Shown here: piece after piece, positions 9,973 to 19,624 of the stretch
Position numbering within the stretch: position 1 is the stretch's first letter
Layout: each line of letters begins with the position of its first letter
Assembly (NCBI GenBank): GCA_945861435.1
Contig: CAMAUX010000010.1
Coordinates: forward strand, 36,484 to 100,483
Length of the DNA: 64,000 nucleotides
Source of the DNA: Chthoniobacter flavus
Lineage (GTDB): Bacteria; Verrucomicrobiota; Verrucomicrobiia; Chthoniobacterales; Chthoniobacteraceae
Direction: 5' to 3'
Made by a program: the position numbers and the translations under genes
The notes under the pieces: generated by a model
Database searches by the model: none
Seen by the model: the letters and a program-made list of their open reading frames with translations, nothing else
Told to the model about the DNA's origin: nothing

Positions 9973-11175
9973 TCAGCGGGCTTTGGCGCGGAAGCGGCCG
10001 GGGGTGGTGCCCGTCTTCTTTTTGAAGATGACGCTGAGATACTCTGGATGCGTGAAGCCGCAACGCTCTGCGACGGTTTTGAGCGGGAGGTCGGACTCGG
10101 CGAGGAGCTGCTTGGCACGCTCGATTTGGACGCGGAGGATTTCGGCCTTTGGTGCGCGACCGAGGTGCGCATCGAATCGGCGTTCGAGAGCGCTGCGGGA
10201 GAGGGGCAGGGACGCGACCACATCGGCGACAGAGATGCCGGCACAGGCGTTATCCCGGATAAACTGGATTGCGGTGGCGACGTGGCGGTCGCTGACGGCA
10301 AGCACCTCGGTGGATCGGCGCGTGGCGACACCGAGTGGCGGGATGTAGGTCGTTCCAGCGGGCGCGGCTTCCCCCCGCATCAGGCGGTCGAGGAGAGCGG
10401 CGGCTTCGAAGCCGATGCGGTCCGTGTCGGGGATGACGCTGGAGAGCGGTGGGTCGGAGAGCTCGCAGAGCACGGTGTCGTTGTCGACGCCGAGGACTGA
10501 GACCTGCTCGGGGACTGCGATGTCGTGCTGGCGGCAGACGTTGAGAACCTGCTGTCCGCGGATGTCGTTGCAGGCGAGGAGGGCGAGCGGTTTGGGAAGA
10601 CTGCGGATCCAGCGACCGACATCGCCCTCGAGTTCGAGCCCCTGTTGCTCCTGCTTGAAGGACGCCTCCGAGCGGAGCCTGCGCGGTGGCTGGTACACAT
10701 GGCAGGGGGCTCCCTCCCGGTGGAGTCTCGCGGTGAAGAGCTCGGAGCGTACGTCGGAATAGTTTGCTCCCGGGAACCCGCAGAATGCGAAGTGGCGGAA
10801 GCCCCGGGAAAGGAGGTGCTCGGCGGCGGCATCGACGACGAGGCGGTCATCGGTCTCGATGAGTGGATGGGGGAGGTCGCGGAGAAGCCCGCGGAGGTCG
10901 ACAGCGGGGACCTTGAGGCGTGCGATGACTTTTGCGAGAGCGCGATCCTCCACCCGGGCGATGATGCCGTCGCCGCGCCACTGCGTGAGCCATGCGGGCG
11001 GGGGATCGGAGGCGCGGCGTTCTTGGAACGAGACGGACCATGGCCCATGGGTTCGGATGTAACGCGCGATGCCCTGCAGGAGGCCCCGGCCGTAGGCGCG
11101 GGACGACTCGATGAGGAGGGCGACCCGTGGGCGACTGGGTGTCCTGAAAGCACGGGCGCGTGGCATGGTTCCCAC
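9973..11175 (-). CDS. XylR-like transcriptional regulator (sugar-binding domain + AraC-type HTH)
   Basis: The N-terminal periplasmic-binding-protein-like domain begins RVALLIESSRAYGRGLLQGIARY. The C-terminal AraC HTH reads LPLKTVAERCGFTHPEYLSVIFKKKTGTTPGRFR. The start is either GTG 11175 or ATG 11166. Confidence 0.85.
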   Translation of the reverse strand: MGTMPRARAFRTPSRPRVALLIESSRAYGRGLLQGIARYIRTHGPWSVSFQERRASDPPPAWLTQWRGDGIIARVEDRALAKVIARLKVPAVDLRGLLRDLPHPLIETDDRLVVDAAAEHLLSRGFRHFAFCGFPGANYSDVRSELFTARLHREGAPCHVYQPPRRLRSEASFKQEQQGLELEGDVGRWIRSLPKPLALLACNDIRGQQVLNVCRQHDIAVPEQVSVLGVDNDTVLCELSDPPLSSVIPDTDRIGFEAAALLDRLMRGEAAPAGTTYIPPLGVATRRSTEVLAVSDRHVATAIQFIRDNACAGISVADVVASLPLSRSALERRFDAHLGRAPKAEILRVQIERAKQLLAESDLPLKTVAERCGFTHPEYLSVIFKKKTGTTPGRFRAKAR

Positions 11176-11210
11176 GGATACCCCATCGTGAACCGTTGCA
11201 AAACTTCAAT

Positions 11211-11243
11211 CCTGCACGGTCTTAGCCAGGCATTGCGTGCAGG
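11211..11243. promoter_or_regulatory. inverted repeat CCTGCACG-N17-CGTGCAGG in a divergent promoter region
   Basis: Perfect 8-bp arms at 11211-11218 and 11236-11243, between the XylR-like gene (-) and the beta-propeller gene (+). It is a candidate operator or hairpin; its function is not established. Confidence 0.3.
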
Positions 11244-11374
11244 GAAGAAAACAGCCTCCGCTTTGTTTTAATGGACAGCCGGAGCGATGGGGATGGTTGC
11301 AGCGAAGAACGCGGCAAAAACACAATAAACGAACGCAATAGCTCAATGACAGAGGCTCGGGAATCGGGCAGGGT

Positions 11375-12289
11375 GTGGGGATGCGCACCCCCCTGCTAGC
11401 CGCCCTCCTCTGTGCTGCCGTGGTTGAATGCCACGCAGCGGAACCCATCACGCACTCGCTGTTCATCGCCGGTGCGGAGACGAAGATCATCGACGGAGCG
11501 GGGAAGGAGCTGTGGCGTTATCCCGCGGCGACGCGCGATGGGTTTGTGCTCCCGAACGGCAACCTGCTTCTGGCGGTCTCGAAGAACAAAGATTACCCGG
11601 GCGGTGCGGTGGTCGAGATCACGCGGGAGAACAAGGTGGTGTTCGAGTGGAAGGGCACGCAGGCGGAGGTGAACACGGCGCAGCGACTGGAGAACGGCAA
11701 CACGATGCTGACGGAGGCCGGGGCCAAGCCGCGGATCGTTGAGGTGGATCCGGCGGGCAAGATTGTGGTGGAGGTGGCGCTGCAGTGTCAGACCGCGAAC
11801 GCTCACATGGAGAGCCGGATGGCGCGCAAGCTGGCGAACGGGAATTACCTGGTGCCGCAGCTTCTCGACAAGGTGGTCCGCGAGTACGCGCCGGACGGCC
11901 GGGTGGTTTGGGAGTTCAAGACGCCTGAGGAGCCGAAGGACAGCTGGCCGTTCACCGCGATCCGTCTGCCGAACGGCAACACGTTCGTGAACCTCACGCA
12001 CGGCAATCACAGTGTGGAGGTGGATCCGGCGGGTAAGATCGTGTGGCATGTCACGAACGCCGATCTGCCTGAGACGCCGCTCAAGGATCCATGCGGTGCG
12101 CAGGTGCTGCCGAACGGGCATGTGGTGATCGGCAGTTACGCGGCGCGCGGGGAAGCGGTGAAGATGGTGGAACTCGACCGGGACAAGAAGGTGGTGTGGA
12201 GCTTCAAGGATGGCGGGCCTGCGGGGATTCATGAGTTCCAAGTGCTCGACACCAACGGGGTGCCCCTCGAGGGGCGTCCGATGAAGTAA
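11375..12289 (+). CDS. secreted beta-propeller repeat protein (family not resolved)
   Basis: Signal peptide (LLAALLCAAVVECHA). A blade motif recurs about every 45-50 aa: LPNGNLLLA, LENGNTMLT, LANGNYLVP, LPNGNTFVN, LPNGHVVIG. The ATG at 11381 is an alternative start. Confidence 0.7.
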   Translation: MGMRTPLLAALLCAAVVECHAAEPITHSLFIAGAETKIIDGAGKELWRYPAATRDGFVLPNGNLLLAVSKNKDYPGGAVVEITRENKVVFEWKGTQAEVNTAQRLENGNTMLTEAGAKPRIVEVDPAGKIVVEVALQCQTANAHMESRMARKLANGNYLVPQLLDKVVREYAPDGRVVWEFKTPEEPKDSWPFTAIRLPNGNTFVNLTHGNHSVEVDPAGKIVWHVTNADLPETPLKDPCGAQVLPNGHVVIGSYAARGEAVKMVELDRDKKVVWSFKDGGPAGIHEFQVLDTNGVPLEGRPMK

Positions 12290-12305
12290 CCCTTGGGGGA
12301 TTTTT

Positions 12306-15300
12306 ATGCGCAGCTCCCCGTCAGCACGTCGTGTCCGGCCGGTGCTCCAGTGGGGACTGGCGTGCCTCTCCGGTGTGTGCGCGCTGCATGCGCCGGTCCT
12401 TGCGGCAGAACCCTCGGCACAGGAGCTGGAGTTCTTCGAGAAAAGGGTGCGTCCGGTTCTCACCGAGCATTGCTTCAAGTGCCATAGCGCGGATGCGGAG
12501 AAGCTCAAAGGCGGACTGATGCTGGACAGCCGGGAGGCGGTGCTCAAAGGGGGCGACACTGGTCCGGCGATTGTGCCAGGAGATGTGGAAAAGAGTCTGC
12601 TGGTGGAGGCGGTGCGCTGGAAGGATAGCGACACAGCGATGCCGCCGAAGAAGGCTCTCGCGCCTGCGCAGGTGGCGGATCTCGAGGCGTGGGTGAAGGC
12701 CGGCGCCCCATGGCCGGCGGAGCAGAAGGTCGCAGGGACGAAGCGGCCGCAGTTCGATCTGCAGAAGCGCCGAGGCGAGCACTGGTGCTGGCAGCCCGTG
12801 CAAGCGGCGCAGGCGCCGAAGGTGGGCGATGCAAAATGGCCCGTCTCGTCCTCCGATGCATTCCTGCTCGCGGCTCTTGAATCCAAGGGGATCAAGCCGG
12901 CCCCGGCCGCGGACCGTGCCACGTTGATCCGCCGTGCTTCGTTTGATCTCACGGGCCTGCCGCCGACTCCGGCGGAGGTGGAGGCGTTTGTGGCGGATTC
13001 CGCACCGGAGGCGTTTGCGAAGGTGGTGGATCGTCTGCTGGCGAGTCCGCATTTCGGGGAGCGCTGGGCGCGTCATTGGATGGACTTGGTGCGGTATGCG
13101 GAGACGCGCGGTCACGAGTTTGAGCCGTTGATTCCGAATGCGTGGCAGTACCGGGACTACCTTGTGCGGGCGTTCAACGCGGACGTGCCGTATCAGCAGT
13201 TTGCGATGGAGCATCTGGCCGGGGACCTCATTCCTGCGCGGGTGGATGCGAAGACGGGGGCGAACGAGTCGATTCTGGGCACGGGGTTCTGGATGCTGGG
13301 CGAGGAGGTGCACTCGCCCGTGGACATCCGGCAGGACGAGGCCGACCGGATGGACAACCGCATCGATGTGATGGGGAAGACCTTCCTCGGACTCACCATC
13401 GGATGCGCGCGGTGCCACGATCACAAGTTTGATGCCGTTTCGCAGAAGGATTATCACGCGCTCACCGGGTTCCTGATTAGCAGCGGATACCGGCAGGTTC
13501 GGTTTGAGAGCATGGAGGTTCACCGCGTCCTTGCTTCCGAGCTCGCACAGTGGAGGGCGGCCGCTGCTCCTCAGCTTGCAAAAGCGGCGGGGCGGGCGCT
13601 GCAGCCGGGGATCAATCGGGCTGCGCGATTTCTTCTCGCGGCGGCTGAGGTCCGGCGTGGTGGAGACGCGGCCGTGGTCGCGGCGCGCGAGCAACTGGCC
13701 GGCGAGGAGCTGCAGGGTTGGGTGGCGGAGCTTGAGAGCGCAGCGAAAGCGCCTGCGCATCCGCTGCATCCCTTTGCCGTGGCGAATCAAAAGCTCGGCG
13801 CGGATCCGGCGAAGTTTGCGGCGGGTGCGGCGCGGCTTGGCGCGGATCTCGCGGCGAAGCCGGGACAGGTGGAGGCGGAAGATACGGTGGTGGATTATGC
13901 GGCACTCAAGCCCGGGCAGTGGTTGCAGGATGGCGTGAGCTTTGGATCGGAGCCGTTGCGACCCGGGGCGCTGTTGTTCCAGACAGGATCGCCGTTCCCG
14001 CTCGCTGGCGTGAACACGCGGGGCGCTGCGGTGCGCGATGGATTCTGGTCCGGGCTCGAGGTGAAAGGCGCGGAGCGCGATCACGGGAAGCTTGGCGAGA
14101 AGGAGCGCGGGGAGCGGACGCTCCGGACTCCTGAGTTCACGATGAAGGGGGATCGGTTGTGGTATTTGGTGAAAGGCGCTGGGACGGCGTATGCGGTGGT
14201 GGACTCGCATCTGGTGGTTGCGGGGCCGTTGCACGGCGCGGTCATCACGGAATGGAAGGCGGAGGCGGCGGACGCCGGCTGGCGCTGGGTTTCGCAGGGG
14301 TTGGGTGCGTATGCGGGGCATCGTTTGCATGTGGAGTTCAATCCGGTCGGCGCGGGGGAGTTTGCGGTGGCGAAGGTGGTTCGTGGAGGAACGCGTCCGC
14401 CGCTGGGTGAGGCCGCGGTTGGTCTGATGTCCGGTGCGCTGCGGAGCGCGGGGTCGTTGGAGGGTCTGGCAGGCGCGGTGCAGGACATTCTTGCGAAGGC
14501 GGCGAAGCGGCTTGAGGAGAGCCATTGGGATCGGCCGGAAGAGGAGGCGCAATGGGCTGCAGTAGCTGACTGGCTGGTGCGCACACGCGCCCTGTGGATC
14601 CGGGCGGGAAGTGCGGAGGAACGGCAACTCCATGCGGACTGCGCGGAGTTCGTGGGCGGCCAGGAGAAGCTCGCTGCGCGGGTTCGCGTGAATTCAGCGA
14701 CTGCGCCCGCAATGTTCGACGGTAGTGGAGTGGATGACTTCCTGCTGGTGCGTGGTCAGGCGAAGACGCCTGGGGCGCAGGTGCCTCGCCGTTTCGTGGA
14801 GGCCTTGGCGGGGCCCGAGCCGATGGCGATCGCGCAGGGGAGCGGCCGTCTGGAACTGGCGCGTGCGGTGGCGTCTCCGGACAATCCGCTGTTTGCGCGT
14901 GTGGCTGTTAACCGGGTTTGGCAGCACCTTTTTGGGCGCGGCCTTGTGGCGACGGTGGACAACTTTGGGGTGCAGGGGGAGAAGCCGACGCATCCGGAAC
15001 TGTTGGATCATCTGGCGAAGCGTTTTGTTGGAGAGTTGAAGTGGTCGCTCAAGGGGCTGATGCGGGAGTTGGTGTTGTCGCGTGCGTACCAGATGGGGAG
15101 CGCGCCCACCGATGCGTTGGCGGAGATGGCGGATCCGGAGAATCTGTTGCTGCACCGGATGTCGGTGCGGCGGTTGGAGTCTGAGGCGATTCGGGATGCG
15201 ATCCTTGCGGTGTCGGGCCGACTGGAACGGAAGGTGGGCGGGCCGAGTGTGCCGGTGCATCTGACAGAATTCATGCAGGGGCGCGGGCGTCCCGGAAAGA

Positions 15301-15716
15301 ACGGGCCGTTGGACGGGGCGGGCCGTCGGAGTGTGTACGTGGCGGTGCGGCGCAATTTCCTTTCGCCGATGATGCTCACCTTCGACACGCCGATACCGTT
15401 CAACAGCATGGGGCGGCGTAATGTGTCGAATGTGCCGGCGCAGGCGCTGATCCTGATGAACGACCCGTTCGTGGTGGAGCAGGCGGGGGTATGGGCGCGG
15501 GGATTGGACCGAGCGGCGGGTGTGTCGGAGCGGATCCGCGCGATGTATCTGCGGGCGTTTGCGCGGATACCGACCGCGGAGGAGGCATCGCAACTGGAGG
15601 CTTTTGTGACGGGACAGGCGCAGTTGGAGCAGGGCGCGGATGTCCTTTCTGAGAAGGTCTGGGCGGATGTGGCGCATGTTCTGATCAACACGAAGGAGTT
15701 TATTTACCTGCACTGA
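12306..15716 (+). CDS. PSCyt (planctomycete cytochrome c)/DUF1549/DUF1553 protein
   Basis: 1136 aa. The N-terminal part reads FFEKRVRPVLTEHCFKCHSADAEKLKGGLMLDS (a CxxCH heme motif). A DUF1549-like segment (ATLIRRASFDLTGLPPTPAEVEAFV) and CARCHDHKFD follow, with a DUF1553-type C-terminus. Confidence 0.9.
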   Translation: MRSSPSARRVRPVLQWGLACLSGVCALHAPVLAAEPSAQELEFFEKRVRPVLTEHCFKCHSADAEKLKGGLMLDSREAVLKGGDTGPAIVPGDVEKSLLVEAVRWKDSDTAMPPKKALAPAQVADLEAWVKAGAPWPAEQKVAGTKRPQFDLQKRRGEHWCWQPVQAAQAPKVGDAKWPVSSSDAFLLAALESKGIKPAPAADRATLIRRASFDLTGLPPTPAEVEAFVADSAPEAFAKVVDRLLASPHFGERWARHWMDLVRYAETRGHEFEPLIPNAWQYRDYLVRAFNADVPYQQFAMEHLAGDLIPARVDAKTGANESILGTGFWMLGEEVHSPVDIRQDEADRMDNRIDVMGKTFLGLTIGCARCHDHKFDAVSQKDYHALTGFLISSGYRQVRFESMEVHRVLASELAQWRAAAAPQLAKAAGRALQPGINRAARFLLAAAEVRRGGDAAVVAAREQLAGEELQGWVAELESAAKAPAHPLHPFAVANQKLGADPAKFAAGAARLGADLAAKPGQVEAEDTVVDYAALKPGQWLQDGVSFGSEPLRPGALLFQTGSPFPLAGVNTRGAAVRDGFWSGLEVKGAERDHGKLGEKERGERTLRTPEFTMKGDRLWYLVKGAGTAYAVVDSHLVVAGPLHGAVITEWKAEAADAGWRWVSQGLGAYAGHRLHVEFNPVGAGEFAVAKVVRGGTRPPLGEAAVGLMSGALRSAGSLEGLAGAVQDILAKAAKRLEESHWDRPEEEAQWAAVADWLVRTRALWIRAGSAEERQLHADCAEFVGGQEKLAARVRVNSATAPAMFDGSGVDDFLLVRGQAKTPGAQVPRRFVEALAGPEPMAIAQGSGRLELARAVASPDNPLFARVAVNRVWQHLFGRGLVATVDNFGVQGEKPTHPELLDHLAKRFVGELKWSLKGLMRELVLSRAYQMGSAPTDALAEMADPENLLLHRMSVRRLESEAIRDAILAVSGRLERKVGGPSVPVHLTEFMQGRGRPGKNGPLDGAGRRSVYVAVRRNFLSPMMLTFDTPIPFNSMGRRNVSNVPAQALILMNDPFVVEQAGVWARGLDRAAGVSERIRAMYLRAFARIPTAEEASQLEAFVTGQAQLEQGADVLSEKVWADVAHVLINTKEFIYLH

Positions 15717-15721
15717 AGACC

Positions 15722-17149
15722 ATGGATTCCTGTCACAGACTGCTTCCCCGGGCGCTGAGCCGTCGCGAGATGCTCGCGCGTTGCGCAAATGGATTTGGTG
15801 CGCTGGCACTCGCGTCGCTCATGGGCGAGCGGGCGTTTGGCGTGGTGCCGGCATCGGGGCCGCTTGCACCGAAGCCGCCGCATTATCCGGCGAAGGCGCG
15901 TTCGGTGATCTTCCTGTACATGGACGGCGGGCCGTCGCAGGTGGACACGTTTGATCCGAAGCCGCGTCTGACGGCGGAGAACGGGAAACCGTTTGGGATG
16001 AAGATGGAGCCGACGCAGTTCAACAACAACGGGAGCACGCTGGGCTCGCCGTGGGCGTTTGCGAAGCACGGGCAGAGCGGGATTGATGTGAGTGAATTGT
16101 TCCCGCACGTGGCGGGCTGCGTGGATGACCTCGCTGTGATCCGGTCGATGACGAGCGAGTTTTCCGAGCACACGAATGCGAACTATTTTCTGCACACCGG
16201 GAGCGGCTTGCAGGGGCGGCCGAGCATGGGGGCATGGGCGGGATACGGGCTTGGAAGCGAGAACGCGGACCTGCCGGGATTCGTGGTGCTCAACGGCGGG
16301 CTGATACCGCCGGGGGGCCTGGACAATTTCAACAGCGGCTTCCTGCCCGCGAGTTATCAGGGCTCGGTGTTCCTGCCGACGGGCACCGGGGTGGCGAATG
16401 TGGCGCCGTCGGAGAAGCAGGCGGAGACGCAGGCGCGGAAGCTCGCGTTGATGAAGAAGCTGGACGAGGGGGTGGTGGGGCGGCTGGGCAGGCTGGATGC
16501 GGTGGAGAGCGCGATTGCGAATTACGAACTGGCGTTCCGGATGCAGGCCGCGGTGCCTGAATTGATGGAGGTTTCCAAGGAGAGCGAGGCGACGAGGAAG
16601 CTCTATGGATTCGACGCGCCGATGCCGCAGACGCGGATCTTTGCTCAGGAATGTCTTCTTGCACGGAGGCTGGTGGAACGTGGCGTGCGCTTCATCGAGC
16701 TCACCTGTCCGAGCGGTATGGGCGACCGATGGGATCAGCACGGGAACCTGCGGGACGGGCACGACAAGAACTCACGCGCGGTGGACCAGCCGATTGCAGC
16801 GCTGCTCAAGGATCTCAAGGCGCGCGGTCTGTTGGAGAGCACGCTGGTGATTTGGGGCGGCGAGTTTGGACGGACGCCGTTCGCACAGGGAAAGGACGGG
16901 CGCGATCACAATCCGTTCGGATTCACCATGTGGATGGCGGGTGCGGGGATCAAGGGGGGCACGGTCCACGGGGCGACCGACGAGTATGGGTACAAGGCGG
17001 TGCAGGACCGTGTGACGATCCATGATCTTCACGCCACGATTTTGCATCTGATGGGGATCGATCACACGCGGCTGACATTCCGGTTCAGCGGACGCGATTT
17101 CCGGCTGACGGACGTGTACGGCGAGGTGGTGAAGGAGATCCTTTCCTGA
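15722..17149 (+). CDS. DUF1501 domain protein (sulfatase/alkaline-phosphatase-like fold) with Tat signal
   Basis: 475 aa. SRREMLARCANGFGALALA is followed by VIFLYMDGGPSQVDTFDPKP and GRDHNPFGFTMWMAGAGIKGG, which are classic DUF1501 blocks. It starts 5 nt after the PSCyt gene. Confidence 0.9.
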   Translation: MDSCHRLLPRALSRREMLARCANGFGALALASLMGERAFGVVPASGPLAPKPPHYPAKARSVIFLYMDGGPSQVDTFDPKPRLTAENGKPFGMKMEPTQFNNNGSTLGSPWAFAKHGQSGIDVSELFPHVAGCVDDLAVIRSMTSEFSEHTNANYFLHTGSGLQGRPSMGAWAGYGLGSENADLPGFVVLNGGLIPPGGLDNFNSGFLPASYQGSVFLPTGTGVANVAPSEKQAETQARKLALMKKLDEGVVGRLGRLDAVESAIANYELAFRMQAAVPELMEVSKESEATRKLYGFDAPMPQTRIFAQECLLARRLVERGVRFIELTCPSGMGDRWDQHGNLRDGHDKNSRAVDQPIAALLKDLKARGLLESTLVIWGGEFGRTPFAQGKDGRDHNPFGFTMWMAGAGIKGGTVHGATDEYGYKAVQDRVTIHDLHATILHLMGIDHTRLTFRFSGRDFRLTDVYGEVVKEILS

Positions 17150-17206
17150 GCCGTACACGCGGATCGCGTGGGCCTGCGGTGAAGCGCTGAAGCGGAACGG
17201 CGCGCG

Positions 17207-19534
17207 TCACGCGTGCTTGCGCACGGTGACGACGACGGCTTTCGAGACGGGCGTGTTGCTGCGTTCGGCGACGGACTCGATGGGGACAAGCACGTTGGTT
17301 TCGGGGAAGTAGGTGGCGATGCAGCGCTCGGGAATGGGGTAGGCCACGACGATGAAGTTGCGGGCTGCACGTTCGCGGTTGCCGTGGTGATTGAAGAGAT
17401 CAACGGGGTCGCCGGCACGGAGACCATGGCGGCGGATATCGGCTTCGCTCATGAGGACGACGCGGCGTTCGTTGAAGATGCCACGGTAGCGGTCGTGGAG
17501 GCCGTAGATGGTGGTGTTGAACTGGTCATGACTGCGGATGGTCATCATGAGCAGTTCGCCCTCGCGCAGCTTGGGCCATGTGAGCGGCGAGGTGTGGATG
17601 CGTGCCTTGGCTCCGGGCGTGGAAAATCGGCCCTCGCGGTTTGCGTTGGGCAGGTAGAAGCCGCCCGGGATGCGGACACGGGCGTTGTATTTGGAGAAGC
17701 CCGGGATGGTCTGTTCGATCGCGTCGCGGATCGGGTTGTAGTGGGAGGCGAAGCGGGTCCAGTCGACGGGGCCGTCTTTGCCGAAGGTCGCTTGGGCGAG
17801 GCGCGCGACGATGGTGGGTTCGCTCAGGAGCGCGTTGGACACGGGCTTGAGGACGCCGCGCGAGGCTTGGACGACGCCCATGGAATTCTCGCACGTAACG
17901 AACTGGCGTTCGCCGCGGAGGGCGTCGATGTCGCTGCGGCCGAGTGTGGGAAGGATGAGAGCTTCGCGTCCGTGGACGAGATGGCTGCGGTTCAGCTTGG
18001 TCGAGATGTGTGCGGTGAGGGAGCAGCGGCGGAGGGCCTCGGCGGTGAGTAGCGTGTCCGGTGTTGCGGAGAGGAAGTTGCCTCCCATGGCGAGGAAGAC
18101 CTTTGCGCGGCCTTCGTGCATCGCCTTGATGGAGTCGACGACGTCGAGGCCGTGGGCGCGCGGGGGTTCGAAGCCGAAGACCTGGCGGATCTTGTCGAGG
18201 AACCCGGTGGAGGGTTTCTCGTAAATGCCCATGGTGCGGTCGCCTTGGACATTGCTGTGACCACGCACGGGGCAGGTGCCGGCGCCGGGCTTGCCGATGG
18301 AGCCCTTGAGGAGGAGGAGGTTGACCAAGTCCTGAATGGTGGCGACGGCGTTGCGGTGCTGAGTGAGGCCCATGGCCCAGCAGGCGATGATGCGCTGCTT
18401 GGAGCCGATGAGCGTTGCGGCGCTGCGGATCTGTTCGAGCGAGAGGCCGCTGGCCTCGGTGATGTCGGAGAAGGAGGTGCGGTCGAGTTCCGCGAAGAGC
18501 GCGTCTGCGCCTTCTGTATGGTCGCGGAGAAAGGCGAGATCGAAGAGGGAGCCGGGCGCGGAGCGTTCGGCATCGAGCCAGCACTTCATGATGCCCTTCA
18601 GGAGCGCCATGTCCCCGTTGATGCGGACTTGGAGAAGCAGGTCGCACAGTTCCGTGGTGATGCCGAGGGCGCCGCGGACGTCCTGTGGATTTTGGAAACC
18701 GAGGAGCCCGGCTTCCGGGAGCGGATTGACGGAGACGATGGTGCAGCCCTTTGCCCTAGCCTTCTGGAGGGCGGAGAGCATGCGGGGATGATTGGTGCCC
18801 GGATTCTGGCCGAGGATGAGAATGAGTTCAGCGTGGGAGAAATCGTCGAGGGTGACGGAGCCCTTGCCGATGCCGAGGGAGTCCGAGAGAGCCACGCCGC
18901 TGGACTCGTGGCACATGTTGGAGCAGTCCGGGAGGTTGTTCGTGCCGAACTGGCGGACGAAGAGTTGGTAAAGGAAGGCGGCCTCGTTACTCGTGCGACC
19001 TGAGGTGTAGAACACGGCTTCGTGCGGGGAGGCGAGGGCGTGGAGATGACGGGCGATGAGGGCGAAGGCGTCGTCCCATGCGATGGGGCGGTAATGAGAA
19101 GCCCCCGGCGGGAGGTGCATGGGCTGTGCGATGCGGCCCTGCTTGCCGATCTCGTAGTCATCCATGCGGGCGAGATCCGCGACGGAGTGTGCAGCGAAGA
19201 AGGCGGCATCGAGAACGCTGGTGGTGGCTTCCTCCGCGATGGCCTTGGCTCCGTTCTCGCAGTATTCGGCAAGACCGGAGCGTTCGTCGTCCGGGTCGGG
19301 CCATGCGCAGCCCGGGCAGTCGTAGCCGGAGGTTTGATTGAGCTGGAGGAGAGCCTGCGCGCCGCGTGCGAGGCCCATCTCGCTGAAGACGTGCTTCATG
19401 CTGCTAACCACGGCGGGCATGCCGGCGGCGACCTGCTTTGGGGCCTTCAGCTCGAGCGCGCGGAGGCGCTCTGGATTCTCAGCGTTCGGCGTCTCGGGCA
19501 GATGCGCGCGGCCGATGGGGGAATCGGTGTTCAT
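17207..19534 (-). CDS. FdhF/YdeP-family molybdopterin oxidoreductase
   Basis: 775 aa. The N-terminal GYDCPGCAWPDPDD...AEYCENGAKA reads like the YdeP-type Fe-S region, followed by a molybdopterin oxidoreductase core and a C-terminal MopB_CT-like barrel. Confidence 0.85.
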   Translation of the reverse strand: MNTDSPIGRAHLPETPNAENPERLRALELKAPKQVAAGMPAVVSSMKHVFSEMGLARGAQALLQLNQTSGYDCPGCAWPDPDDERSGLAEYCENGAKAIAEEATTSVLDAAFFAAHSVADLARMDDYEIGKQGRIAQPMHLPPGASHYRPIAWDDAFALIARHLHALASPHEAVFYTSGRTSNEAAFLYQLFVRQFGTNNLPDCSNMCHESSGVALSDSLGIGKGSVTLDDFSHAELILILGQNPGTNHPRMLSALQKARAKGCTIVSVNPLPEAGLLGFQNPQDVRGALGITTELCDLLLQVRINGDMALLKGIMKCWLDAERSAPGSLFDLAFLRDHTEGADALFAELDRTSFSDITEASGLSLEQIRSAATLIGSKQRIIACWAMGLTQHRNAVATIQDLVNLLLLKGSIGKPGAGTCPVRGHSNVQGDRTMGIYEKPSTGFLDKIRQVFGFEPPRAHGLDVVDSIKAMHEGRAKVFLAMGGNFLSATPDTLLTAEALRRCSLTAHISTKLNRSHLVHGREALILPTLGRSDIDALRGERQFVTCENSMGVVQASRGVLKPVSNALLSEPTIVARLAQATFGKDGPVDWTRFASHYNPIRDAIEQTIPGFSKYNARVRIPGGFYLPNANREGRFSTPGAKARIHTSPLTWPKLREGELLMMTIRSHDQFNTTIYGLHDRYRGIFNERRVVLMSEADIRRHGLRAGDPVDLFNHHGNRERAARNFIVVAYPIPERCIATYFPETNVLVPIESVAERSNTPVSKAVVVTVRKHA

Positions 19535-19624
19535 CAGGGGGAGGGGGATGCGGACTGGCGAGCCGCATGGTCAGGGGGCGGGCCGGGACAGGCGAGGCAA
19601 AATCTCGCACGGGAGCGGAGAGGA

